NCBI GenBank assembly: GCA_964188305.1 | Contig: OZ076901.1 | Reading direction: 5' to 3' (one strand) | Source of the DNA: Podarcis bocagei | Taxonomy: Eukaryota | DNA length: 64,000 nt | Shown: piece by piece, positions 1-12,200 of the stretch | Position numbering within the stretch: position 1 is the stretch's first letter | Layout of the letters: each line of letters begins with the position of its first letter | Notes under the pieces: model-generated | The model's database searches: none | Told to the model about the DNA's origin: nothing | The model's input: only the letters and a program-made list of their open reading frames with translations | Translations under genes and position numbers: made by a program

Positions 1-122
1 TTTAACACACATTTTTGTGTTTTTTCACAGGGACGCTGGCAGGACCAAGAATTTGGAGCCGTGGGCTGTCAGATCCTGGCTGTTGTTGAACCTGGGGCAC
101 CTCCCAGGGTTAATCTCCCATC

Positions 123-1124
123 ATGTTTCACCTGATGAAAAAGGACAGAGATGGGTCCCGAAGGGAGAAGAAAGAGAAGAAGGAGAAGAAGGAGCGGATG
201 TCGGCTGCCGAGCTGAAGAGCTTGGAGGAGATGAGTATGCGCCGGGGCTTTTTCAACCTCAACCGCTCTTCCAAGAGGGATGCAAAGAACCGGCTGGAGA
301 TCTCCAACCCCATCCCTATCAAGGTGGCCAGTGGCTCCGACCTTCACCTGACTGACATCGACTCAGACAGCAACCGGGGGAGCGTGATCCTCGATTCTGG
401 TCATCTCAGCACGGCCAGCTCCAGCGACGACCTCAAGGTGGATGACGGCAACTTCAAGGGGTCCGTGCTGCAGCGGGCAGCCAAGTTCGGCTCTCTGGCC
501 AAGCAGAACTCGCAGATGATCGTCAAGAGGTTCTCCTTCTCGCAGAAGAGCCGCGATGAAAGCACCTCGGAGACATCCACCCCTTCCGAGCACTCGGCTG
601 CCCCTTCCCCGCAGGTGGAGATGCGGACGCTGGAGATGCAGCTGGCCAAGCAAGCTGTACCACCTGGGCCCCCGCGTGTCCCTTCTGCCTCACGGACCAG
701 GCTGCCCGAGGTGGTCAGCAAGCGGTTCCCCGCTGAGCTGAAGCTCCCCGTGGTGGTCCCCCCTCAGCCCCCCGTGCCCAGGCAACTGGAGCTGCAGCGG
801 CGCAACACCGGTGACTTTGGCTTCTCGCTGCGCCGCACCACCATGCTGGACAGGGCTGCTGACGGGCAGGTGTACAGGCGGGTAGTGCACTTTGCCGAAC
901 CGGGTGCCGGGACCAAAGACCTGGCCCTTGGCTTGGTGCCAGGCGACCGGCTGGTGGAGATCAATGGGCGCAACGTGGAAAACAAGTCCCGGGATGAGAT
1001 TGTGGAGATGATCCGGCAATCAGGGGAGACAGTACGCCTGAAAGTGCAGCCCATCCTAGAGCTGAGTGAGCTGAGCCATTGCTGGCTGAGGAGCGGGGAG
1101 GGCCTTCACCAAGCAGCCTTTGAT
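123..1124 (+). CDS. MYO18A: MYO18A alpha-isoform first coding exon (KE-rich N-terminus, actin-binding region, PDZ domain); exon begins at 31 with 92 nt of 5'UTR
   Basis: [41 protein letters not shown]...GDFGFSLRR...[30 protein letters not shown] (PDZ). Acceptor tttttcacag ends at 30; donor GAT|gtaagt at 1124/1125; 1002 nt, phase 0. Confidence 0.97.
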
Positions 1125-1966
1125 GTAAGTAGCTGCCCCACTTTGGGGCACAAGTAGGGTGTGTGCGCTCACACTGGTGGTACACCAGGGCATTCTTGGC
1201 AACATCCCGTGTCTTGTGTATCCGACACAGGTACCTGTGTAAGGACACGCTTCACACTGCATAGTTAAACTATGGAATTCACTGCCACAATATGTGCTGA
1301 TGGCCACCAACTTGGATGGCTTTAAAAAGGAAATAGGATCAATCCATGAAGGATATGCCTGTCAGTGGCTACTAGCCAGGATGGGTTTGCTCTGCCCCCA
1401 GTGTTGGAAGCACTGTGCCTCTGAAAGCATAAGTGGGGAGAGGTGCTCTTGTGGTCAGGTTATGTTTTGGGGCTTCCTGTAATGGGCCTCTGGTTGGCCA
1501 CTGGACTAGAGGGGCCCCCTTTGGCCTGATCCAGCAGCCGGGGCCTCTTCTGATGCTCTTATGTTAATGGGATTTGTGCTGTCATTGGTGTCTGGAGCAG
1601 GAGGATCATGATCATAGACTCAGGCCACAGACTGGCTGTTGTGGTTGTGACCCCGTTGCTTATTTTGTGTGGAAGAGGAAGGGGCATGTAGTGCTTATAT
1701 TAGTGCTATAGGGCAGAGAAGCAAAATTTCCCTTCTGGGTGGTTAGAGGAATGTGGGATAGGTTAGGAGAGAAATGTATCTTTCTTCAAGTACTGTATCA
1801 CAAAGGATGGTGATGGTGGTTGGGAGGAAATAATAATTTATCATTTAATAATACACATTTTCACAGTACTTTTCAAGTGTTCAGTTCACAATCCTGTGAC
1901 CCATATCTACTGTAGGAAATATTTGGCTGTGGTTTAAATTGGGATCTTCCCAGCTTCTAATCTTGA

Positions 1967-1968
<2 letters not shown>

Positions 1969-2002
<34 letters not shown>
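1969..2002. repeat. (GT)17 microsatellite
   Basis: Direct reading. Confidence 0.95.
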
Positions 2003-2004
<2 letters not shown>

Positions 2005-4129
2005 ACACTTTGTGGATCTTCTGAAATATTTTAAAGGCTGAGGATGCTTCAGGAAAGTTTTCATAGGCAAAAGGGGAAATGGCCCTGGAACATTAGTTCT
2101 ATTTGAAACAGTTATTGTGCAGATGAAATTATCGGTGTTTTAAGAATACTAGTGGCAGAAGATGAGGGCTAAGCCTCATCTTTCCCCACCAGACGGTGTG
2201 TGCCTATCCTGCTTATAGTTTTGATTTTGCGCCTAGGGTGGTGGTAGCAGTGGAGAACATAACATTAATTTCGTGTGTTTGTTTGGACTTTCTGTTCTAC
2301 ACATCAGCTACAGTTTGTGCAATTTGGGGACATCGCTTGTTCATTCAGACATTAATATTTATTTTTCTCTTTGTGGCAAATGACCTTCAAGGTACATCTT
2401 TTTCTGCTTGAGCTAATCTACCTTTTAAGGCATTAAGTTTAACTTACTGCTACAGGTTTTGTTCTGTTATCGCTGCTTTACAAAATGGGGGTGGTGACTG
2501 TGGTCCTGCTGTTGCTGTGTTGATCCTTCCTGTGAACTCAGTTGCCCCGTGTGAGCATTGCCCCACGGAGGGATTATTGGTGTATGTGTATGTGTATAAG
2601 AGAGAGAGAGAGAGAGAAGTTGTGGGGCAAGGATCTTTTATAACTAGCAATAAAGACTTTAAGAGTACCTGTGAAGAGGGATTAGGAGAAGCATAATGGG
2701 CAGGTGACCCATATTCTCTTGGCTGCTTGCAGAAACCTCTGTTAGTGACTTTGAGCTGGCTTGAGTGCTGTGTGTGTGTTTGTACCAATGGGGTCATTTT
2801 AAATCTCATCAAAACCCCTGAAGGCCCCTGCGAGAGTTAAGTCTGCCGCATGGCACAGAGAAGCTCATTGCATTCCCTCGGCCTGTCTCCAAACGGAAGG
2901 GAAACACATGGTGTTTACAGCTCTCAAGTCAAGCGTGCAGTTGGGGCTGCTAAAAATTGGATGCCCGGTAAGCTGCCAATCGGGCTGATGGCACAGGTGG
3001 TGGCAGGAAGTGTTATGAGAATATGAGGCATAAGTGGAAGCTGGCAGGGCCTCTGAAGTCTCCTTAAGAGGGGAGGAAGCCTTCCCTGAGATCAGTCAGA
3101 GTGGAGGAGGCCAGATGTGTCTGCGGCATAGCTGCATGTGCTGGGCAAGCAGCCTTGGGTCATCATGGTAGCCATATGTGCCCTCCACTCTACCCTGGGT
3201 GCAGTTTTGGGTGCTTATGTTGGAAGATTCAGGACAGATAAAAGAAAATACTTCTTCCCACAGCACATAGTTAAATTTGGAACTCGCTCCGAATGGTGGT
3301 GATGTCCACCAACCTGGATGGCTTTTAAGGCTGGGCGATATCTGATTTTCAACATCATGATATATCACCAGCTAAATATCACAGTATATATCTATGGCGG
3401 TGGAGGGCCTTGCTGGGCCTCCCTGCGGTGGCAGAGGGTCCCACTGTACCTCCCCACAGTGGTGGAGGGAGCGCCACTCTTCCCGCAGCAGCAGAGGGTC
3501 TTGAAGAGGCTCCCTGTTAAGGGCCTTAAAATGTAAAGTAGTAGTAGATTTAATAAAAATATTAAATAAACTTCCATATAATATATTTTCAACTAGATGG
3601 GTGGGGTATAAATAATAAATTATTATTATTATTATTTAAGTTATTTACTAGTCAATTCGCATCTGCTTCCTCACTCAGAGGATTAAGTGCAATATATGCA
3701 TGCATAAGCCCCGTTGAGTTCAACTAAACTTACTTCTACTTTCCTGGGAGTAAGCCCCCCTCACTGAATTCAGTAGGGCTTGCTTGTGAATAGACACACA
3801 TTTGCTTGCGCTGCTTACCAAAAAACACCCTCTCCATAATTCTCATGTAGTACCCAACCTGCCTTTTCAGCCTAAAGTAGCCAGCTAAGTCTTCTCCCCT
3901 CCATCTCCCCCCACAGAAGGGCCCCCCACAAAGCCTACTAATCTTTCCCTTTTTATCAAGGGAGGGAGGGCAAGCAAACAAAAAGATAGTCTCCTTTAAA
4001 TAAAGAAATAAAACTCTTCCTTTTTGATATGGAGGAAAGCTATTCAGGGTGAACCAGCAACATAAAACACCACCAGAAAATAAAAATAAAAACTCTCCCC
4101 CCCTTTTTTTCTAAAAGAAAGAAGAAATA

Positions 4130-4812
4130 CCGTATTTTTCGCCCTATAGGACGCACTTTTTCCCCTCCAAAAATGAAGGGGAAATCTGGGTGCGTCCTAT
4201 GGGGCGAATGCAGGCTTTCGCTGGAGCCTGGAGAGCGAGAGGGGTCGGTGCGCACCGACCCCTCTCGCTCTCCAGGCTTCAGAAAGCTCTGCGCAACCCT
4301 CGGGAGACCGGCTCCGAGGGTTGCGCAGAGCTGCCTGCAGTCCCCGGCTCAGCACAGCTCTGCGCGGCCATCCGGAGCGGGGCGCTAAGTCCCGCCCCGC
4401 TCCAGATGGCAGCGCGGAGCTGCCTGCCGTCCCGGGATCAGCGCAGCTCTGCGCGGCCACCGGAGGCGGGGGGCGAAGTCCCGCCCCGCTCCCGATGGCG
4501 GCGCAGAGCTGCCTGCAGTCCCGGGATCAGCGCAGCTCTGCGCGGCCATCGGGAGCGGGGCGCTAAGTCCCCCCCGCTCCGGATGGCGGCGCAGAGCTGC
4601 CTGCAGTCCCGGGATCAGCGCACTTCTCCCCATCGCCAGCCCCACAAGCTCGGGGGACAGCGGGGAGGCAGAGCGTGCCTTCCCACTGTTCCCCGACCTG
4701 GTTCTTCCAGCCCCGCACCTGGGGGGGAAATAAAAGTTTTTTCTTTATTTCCACCCCAAAAAAACTAGGTGCGTCCTATGGGCCGGAGCGTCCTATGGGG
4801 CGCAAAATACGG
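4130..4812. mobile_element. Non-autonomous Tc1/mariner-superfamily (Tc2/pogo-like) element with internal ~89-bp tandem array
   Basis: 25-bp TIRs CCGTATTTT(T/G)CGCCC(T/C)ATAGGACGC, TA on both flanks; CpG-rich interior. Confidence 0.85.
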
Positions 4813-6670
4813 TAAGTGCTTTCTAGTTCTTTGTTTGCATTTCCGCTGGATCCTTGATTGATGTTCAACAGTATATTGTCTTGTTGAAACACTTATCACG
4901 ATGTTATTTCAATACCGGTATTCAACAGTATGGAAATTTATTGCACATCCCTCATGGCTTTGAAAGAGGATTGGACAAATACATGGAGGAGATGGCTGTC
5001 AGTGGCTGCTATCCGCAATAATAATAATAATAATAATAATTTATTATTTATACCCCGCCCATCTGGCTGGGCCTCCCCAGCCACTCTGGGCGGCTTCCAA
5101 TGGCTATGCTCTTCCTGCCTGGCTGCTGCTGGGAGTTCTTTCGGAAGAGGGTGCCTCTGTGAGAACATCTTCCAACAGATCTGGATATACGAGCTGCTCA
5201 CCTCCTTGTTATTACATGTCAACGTCTATCCAGCTGCTATGTTTCTTCATTTTCCTTGCAGAAGTTGAGAGCTAATAGGGATAAATAGATAGATAAAACA
5301 GAGAAGAGAACATGCAGCTCAACTCTCTTGGGGCATTAGGCCTGGATTCCTGCTTCCTCCCCTTCATGAAGCAGAAATGCAAGCCAGGATGGTGAATAAG
5401 CCAACAGCAGAGCTCTGAGACTACCATGGATCAACCAGGGAAGATGTTGAAAGCAAATCCCGGAAGTGTGAGTGCAAAGTTGAGAATGCAGCAGCAAGCA
5501 TTTCAGTAGGGTGGTTAGGCTTACATGAGTTTCTCTTTCAGTCAGTAATAGAATTTTTGTTGGCTGTTCCCCACAAGGCTCCAGTTAACTGCATCCCCCC
5601 CCCCCCGCTACAGAATCTTGTGAAGGGATCTTTTAGCTTAAAGTTGTAGATGGGTACTTTCCTGCTGGCCTATGGTGGGTAGGAATGGCTTCCAAGCAAC
5701 TTGAAAAAGTTGATTTTTCTTCTCAAACATGGTCGACGTAAACAGCTTTGGAAAGGTAGGCAGGCTAGTAAAAAAATAAACAAGTAGTGGGCTAGTGTCT
5801 TTTGCGGACCTATTTTCATTATAAGTCCTCTTGCACCTGTTTTAGCAGTCATGGCTTCCTCCAAAGAATCCTGGGAGCAGTAGTTTGCTAAGAGTGCTGT
5901 GGATTGTCACTCTGTGAGGGTCTCCTGACACCTCTCAGCATCCTTAACAAACTACAGTTCCCAGCATTCTCTGAGGGATGCCATGACCATCAGTGGTATA
6001 AAAGTGCTTTAAATGTATGTTTTGGGGGTGACCTGCCTCTCCCTTAGCAGGTAGGTTACAGTCTGCAGCAGGCCTGCCTCTTCCCTCCAAGCCACTTTTC
6101 CCTTTCCTACCAGTCAGTCAAACCCCCATCAGCTTTCTCTTGGCTTTGTTGTGGCTATGGGAGCCCCAGTTACCCCTGCTAAGATTTCCCATACCTCAGG
6201 TAAGCTCATGTAAGGAGTAGCATAAGGAGCATTGTAAAGGAACCAGTCAGTCGTGTTAAGATCATTATGGAGCCAGATTGTTTGTATGAACATGCCCTTG
6301 TTGTCTGGAAACAAATCGAGTGTTGACTTAAGCTCCCAAAGGGCTCCTTGGCTTTCTCCTGTCTCGAGGGAGAAAAAGCTGTGAAGCCCAAGCCTCTTTC
6401 TTTTTAGACTGTGCTCTCCCTCTCCTTCCTTCTCCCTAGACCCTTTCCCTACAAGCTTTTCACTGATTCTGTGTTTCAGGGATCCCAGCACGGGAAAAGT
6501 ACATTTGGAAGGAGCCGCCAGTTCCTTGCTGGGCTTGTCTTGCTAATGCTTGAGCTTGTTTCTCTGCACAGGGCTCTGGGGAACCAAATTAATTTGGAGT
6601 TGGGTGAACACGTTAGGTGCCTGCAGAGCATTTCAAAAGGCTTATGGAGACGTTTTAAGAAAAGGATGTA

Positions 6671-6993
6671 CAGTGGTGCCCCGCAAGACGAATGCCTCGC
6701 AAGACGGAAAACTCGCTAGACGAAAGAGTTTTCCGTTTTGGAGGTGCTTCGCAAAACAAATTTCCTATGGGCTTGCTTCACAAGACGACAATGTCTTGCG
6801 AGTTCCTGCTGGTTTTTTCCCCTCCCCCCTTTTTCTAAGCCACTAAGCCGCTTATCAGCTGATCCGATCAGCAGATAAGCCGCTAATAGCGCTAACCCGC
6901 TAATCCTTCAATGGGCTTGCTTCGCAAGACGAAAAAACCGCTAGACGAAGAGAATCACAGAACGGACTCTTTTCGTCTTGCGAGGCACCACTG
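6671..6993. mobile_element. Tigger/pogo-like MITE
   Basis: 22-bp TIRs CAGTGGTGCC(C/T)CGCAAGACGAA; TA target duplication. Confidence 0.88.
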
Positions 6994-7529
6994 TAATTGC
7001 TCCTCCCTCACCTCCCCTTTCCTTGGTGCTTTTATGGGTTATTGTTGTTTAATTTCTTATTTTATCTGTTATGTTTGTTTAATAGTGGAGCAAGACTTTA
7101 TTTTGATGTATTTATTACTGGGGTTGTTAATTTTGATTTAGTTCAGTACTGGTTATGTGTTAAGCCTATATTATTTGTAAGATTGAATTTATGCAATGTT
7201 TGTTGATTTCCCCCCCTTGATTTATATTTTTTGTAACCCCCCTCCCTCCTTGTGAATTTTAATAAGTTAGTGTTTTCTGTGAGTTGCCTTGCACACTGTT
7301 TTATTGTGGAAAAGGTGACATTTTCTTTATCTGCACTTTTTATAAAACACTATATAAATGGAAGAAAGGCAGGGTGTGAATTGAATAGATTAGTGAACGA
7401 ACACCAGGCTTTAGGATTCTGTTTTCCCTAATGCTTCTCTTGCCTCAGCAGTTGTAAGCAAGCATAATAACTCTTGTTAGGGGGTGGCTGCTGTTGTGGG
7501 CAGCAGATGTGTATGTACGTATTGGGGGG

Positions 7530-7715
7530 AGGGCCAATAGTTCAGTCGAAGAGCACCTGCTTTGCTTGCAGAAGGTACCAGGTTCAATCCCTGGCCTCTC
7601 CAGGGAGGGATGGGAGAGATTCCCACCTAAAACCCTGGAGAGCTGCTGCCAGCCAGTGTCGGCAACACTGAGCTAGATGGGCCAATGATCCAATAAAGCA
7701 TAAGGCAGCTTCTTG
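7530..7715 (+). mobile_element. tRNA-derived SINE (Squam3-like); representative of more than 15 copies (e.g. ~15180, 22535, 37460, 39272, 45180, 53450, 53680, 55290, 57793, 59445, 62705)
   Basis: Shared consensus TAGCTCAGTGGTAGAGCA...GGTTCAATCCCTGGCATCTCCAGG...GCTGCCAGTCAGTGTAGACAATACTGAGCTAGATGGACC...AAGGCAGCTTCCT. Confidence 0.85.
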
Positions 7716-9213
7716 TGTAATATTTGTGTGTTTGTGTATTTAGAGTGTCTGTATGAGAAAGAGATAGAAAATTGGTTCCTGCCTGGTGTCACGTGAGTGG
7801 CACCTGAGCTTCTTGTGGTCAGTGATGCTTAATCCTTTTGGGAGTCTTGAGTCTCAAAGGGCCCAGGAAAAGCTAGACACACACACAGAGTTGAAATGTG
7901 AATTTCCTTCCTTCTGTGTCCAGAAGCGCAGCATTCACAAGGAGGTAATTTAATTATTGTTTGATTTTATACCAATGTTATATATTTGATGTTAGCCGCC
8001 CTGAGCCCGACTTCGGCTGGGGAAGGCGGGATATAAATAAAAGTTTATTATTATTATTATTATACCTTCCATTCAGAACGTGTGCTTTACAAATTGGGGG
8101 GTGCTGGGTTGTTCTGGTGTGTCTCCTCCCAACTCTTGCTCCTTTTTTCTGGAACATGGTATGCTGATGATGAACAGCACCTGCCTTTATTGAGATGATG
8201 AGGTCAGCCACTGTGAAACAATGTCCAGCACTCGTGAGCATGACAGCCGCCTACCCCATCCTCCACTAACAAAGCAGTTCTGAAGAGGACACAGGCACTT
8301 GTTGTGTGGAGGGATGGAGGAGGAGCAGGAATACTCTGCACAAGAGGGCAATGCAGCCTCCCAAGGTTTGGCATGCCTGCCCCCCTCTTTCTCCCCCCTC
8401 TCCCTCCCTCTTCCCACCCCACTCCATTACCTTCCAGCTCACTGAAGCACTGCTGCATAACTGCAGGCAACAGGCGTCCCTTTGTCCTGGCCATAGGCAG
8501 CCACCCTGAAAGAGGGCTCTTTGTCATTTTTCCATCTCATCATCTTATTGACCCCATTGACAGAATGGTTGGGATCCTCCAGTAAGTGGACAGCTCTGTA
8601 GTGAACCAGCATGGACTATGTCACTTCAGAGTACAGGTGGAGGTGTCACTCCCACCTCCCCCCTTTTATAAAAATCTCTGCAAGCAACAAACTTGTTAGG
8701 ATCAGACCCAACTCACTCTTTCTCCCTGCTTGTGGGAAGGCCACATCCACCCATACATTGAAAGCATGGGACTTCCCTCAAAGAGTCCTGGGAACTAGTG
8801 TAGTTGGTCAAGCATGCTGGGAATTGTAGTTCTGAGGGGTAAATTACAGTTCCCGTAATTATTTTGGGGGCAGGGTGGAAAGCCATGTGCTTTCAATAAA
8901 TGGCATGGATATGAACAAAGTTGTTGGAAGGGAGTGGACTGTCCTTCATTGGAGGTTTCTAAACAAAAGTTGAATGGCCATCTGGCAGGGATTCTTTAGC
9001 TGTGATTCCTGCATTGCAGAGGGTGAGACCTTCAAACTCTACAATTCTGTGATTCTAATTACTTTTTTTTAAACCATTGGAAGATTTGGAAATGCTTTAC
9101 CTATAGGCATCTGTTTGGGAATTATACCAGTGTTTGGGAATTATGCACTGCTCTCTCTGTTCATTTATCTAACTTTATGGGTGCTTGGGATCTGATCAGC
9201 CGTGAGAATAATG

Positions 9214-9214
<1 letters not shown>

Positions 9215-9248
<34 letters not shown>
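9215..9248. repeat. (TG)17 microsatellite
   Basis: Direct reading. Confidence 0.95.
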
Positions 9249-9249
<1 letters not shown>

Positions 9250-12200
9250 TATCTCCCCCCCCCCCCCATATCCTGATCGGAACTATCCCTCTGGGCCCAT
9301 GGAGTGTGTGGAAGAGGCCTCACCATTGCCTCTTGTTGGGTGTAGTTCTTCAGGAGATCTTGCTTCCCCTCTTGGCAAAAGAACTGTGCCCTCTAATGTG
9401 GCAAGGAGCAGTGAGCCGGAAGCACTGCCAGTGCTTGGGTGGCTTACTCACAGTCTGGATGGCTGGTTTGTCAAGGGTGAGTTGGAGCTGAGCAATGACT
9501 TCCTGGCCCTAGTCCAGCTGTCTTTTCCCTCCATGAATTAGCAATTAGCTGCCCTGCCTAATGATGTGAAAGGAGCCTCCTGCCCTGGGGGGCAGATTAG
9601 GAAGCTTCCTCCAGCCAGTGTTAAAGAAGTGAAGGTGCTCCAGTGACTCTGCTGGAGTCTGCCTTAATCAAAAGCACTGAAATATTTTAAATGGGCTATT
9701 TAAAAATAGGGATGTAAGAAGGCAGTGATTTCCATTCATCCTAATCAGCACTGCTTCCATTATGCTGCAGTTTGGTTTCCACCGAATGCAACTTCATTCA
9801 TCTCACTGTCCACTGTTTAAAGCAAGTTACACCAGCCTGATCCAACAGCCAGGCTTTTCTGATGCTCTTACAACTTTCTGTCAGCTGTTGTCCTAATGAT
9901 ATGTAGAGGTAAAACCTGAGTTTGCCTCCTTTTCTCTCATCCTCTGTATTCACTCTTATTGGCTTCCAGTTTTCTTGATAGGCCTCTGTCTTCTCTCTCT
10001 GCCAGTATCCTCTTCCTGACTGCTTTGAGTAGTGGAGCAGTGCGCAACTACATATATTTTTAGTTATAGCGCTCCCCTCCTTCTTTTGCATAGCTGGCTC
10101 TTTGCTTATTCATATTGATTTGGAGGGTGTATTTTTAATATATTGTGGGCAGTCTTGTCAGCATTCACTCTGTGGTATGCTTCCAGCCCCCACTTTTGTT
10201 TTCTATTATTTTATCCTGTGCAGGGCCTAGATTTCTCAGTTTTTGTAATATGATGAAGAGGTATTTCTGGTCAATGCTGTTTTAGCATTGTGTGTATTCT
10301 CACCCTTCATACCAATCTGCTTATTTGGGGAAAAGTTTAGGTTGTTTGGGTTAAGTTATAGGTTATTTGGGTCAATGGTAGAGCCCCTGCTTTACATGCA
10401 GAATGCTCCAGGCTCAATCCTAGCTCTTCCAGGCAGGACAGGGAAAGACCACTTGCTGAATTCCTGGAGTTGTACATGTTGGGGTTCCTGATATAAGCCC
10501 GTGGGCACCACAGTGCCTTCAGACCCCTCCCTCTGCTGAGGCCCTTTGTCCTCCCAATTTTAATTTTTTAAAAAACTGAGGATTTTTGATGGGCATGGAG
10601 TATTTTGGTGTGTGTGTGTGTGTGTGCCCCATGCTTTATTTTCCTGTGTCTTAATTGTTTTGGGATGTGCATAGGTGTTTTGCCTCTTTGAAGGAGTAGG
10701 GTCTCAAGCATCACACAATTTCCTTCTGCAAAATGGGTATTTTTTTTGCGGTGCCTGTGACAGATTCTTAAATTTTCAGATCAAGATCTTTAAGCGTAGA
10801 CAGTACTGATTTTGATGGACCAGCTTTTTGACTTGGTAGCTTGCTCCTTTGCTCCTTATTTTGCTCTGACTTGACTGTGCCAGCTGTGACTCCACAGGCT
10901 CTTGTCTTCAGCCCGATATCCAATAAAGAGATCAAGTAATTGCAATGGCTGAGGTCAATCAAAGTGGTTGCCCTGGTTCCCTCCCTCCCCTGTAAACATC
11001 CACCTGACAGCAGGTAGCCACCACCTGTCTTCTGCTTTGCCTAATGGGCTCTGACTACTTATACTTCCATCCTGCTCCTCCCTGCCTTTCGGACCCTGTT
11101 TTCACATCTTGTTCAGGAAGGATTTTGAATATATAGAGCTTTGAGGTGGCAGGTCTCTTATTTGTCCTTCGCTTCATTGAGGGGCCCTTGTTGGCTTCCT
11201 CCTCCCTCTTTCTCCTTCTGTTGCTCTTACCCCACAAGAATTATGGCAGCTTAGGTTGGAAGCTTTTAATTTTTCCTTCAACTTGGGAACCTTGCATGTA
11301 AAACTAGGGGAATCATAGCTGGAATATGGCTGAGCTGCTGCAGGCTTGGCTCTAAGTACATTTGACCCTGTTCTGTCGTCCCGCTTGCATTCTGGAGATC
11401 AAAGAAGAAATGGTAGACTCTGTGGACAAACCGCTTGCTGCTTTTGATGCTGGAGAAGTTGAGCTTGTGCTTGGGACTCCTCCTGGTCGTGGAAGCACTT
11501 TCTGTTACAGTGGCAGGTGTGTGGCAGCGGTATGCTTGGATGCCCGGCTGCACCGCCTTGCCACAAATGTGGAACGACTTGCCAAAGAGTTTGAGGCACA
11601 GGGGACACGCCTTTCGGCCCTCGAGGGGCAGATGGCTGCCCTGGAAGATACATCGGAGAGGCTTTTGTGTACCGAGAGGGAGAGCCGTCGCCAAATTGGT
11701 GACCTCGAGACTTAACAGCAATGGAAAGGTATGGACGCCTTGCAACCAAGAGATGGCCAAGGGCAAGCGAGGTCCTTGCTGGGGTGAGGATTTCTCCTTT
11801 TCCTGTCACTGAAGAATTGTGATAAAATCTCCTAGGCTCCGTTATGGCTGCTCTGGTGTGAGAGTCTGGAGAATCCATCTTTTCTACACCGAGAGACTTG
11901 GATCTTACTTTTAGTGATTGCCGTGTTCCATCATCAGCGGTGCAATATACAATGCGGAGGGTTTTGTTTATGAAGGGATGCCCTCATTCCAGCTCACTGA
12001 GCTATACTGCCTCCCCAAGAAGATGAAGAAAGTCCTTTGCTCTCTGTTTATTTTTGGAGCAATGCTCCTTGGCTTCTGCCCCTACACATGTGAATGTTCA
12101 GGTCTTGGAAGCAGAATAAATTATGCAGATGTTCACACGAACAAATGTACTTGATGGCATAATTCATTCTGGGAGTAGAATTTGGGTGATGTCTTCTCGT

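Noticed and set aside
4323-4623. CRISPR-like repeat appearance
   Set aside because: Eukaryotic context, and the units repeat in full with no unique spacers.
4173-4768. Several overlapping long GC-rich ORFs
   Set aside because: Artefacts of a stop-poor tandem array inside a TIR element; no splice signals or recognisable protein.
7530-7610. tRNA-like A/B-box sequences here and at many other sites
   Set aside because: They are heads of a repeated tRNA-derived SINE with a shared body and degenerate stems, not tRNA genes.
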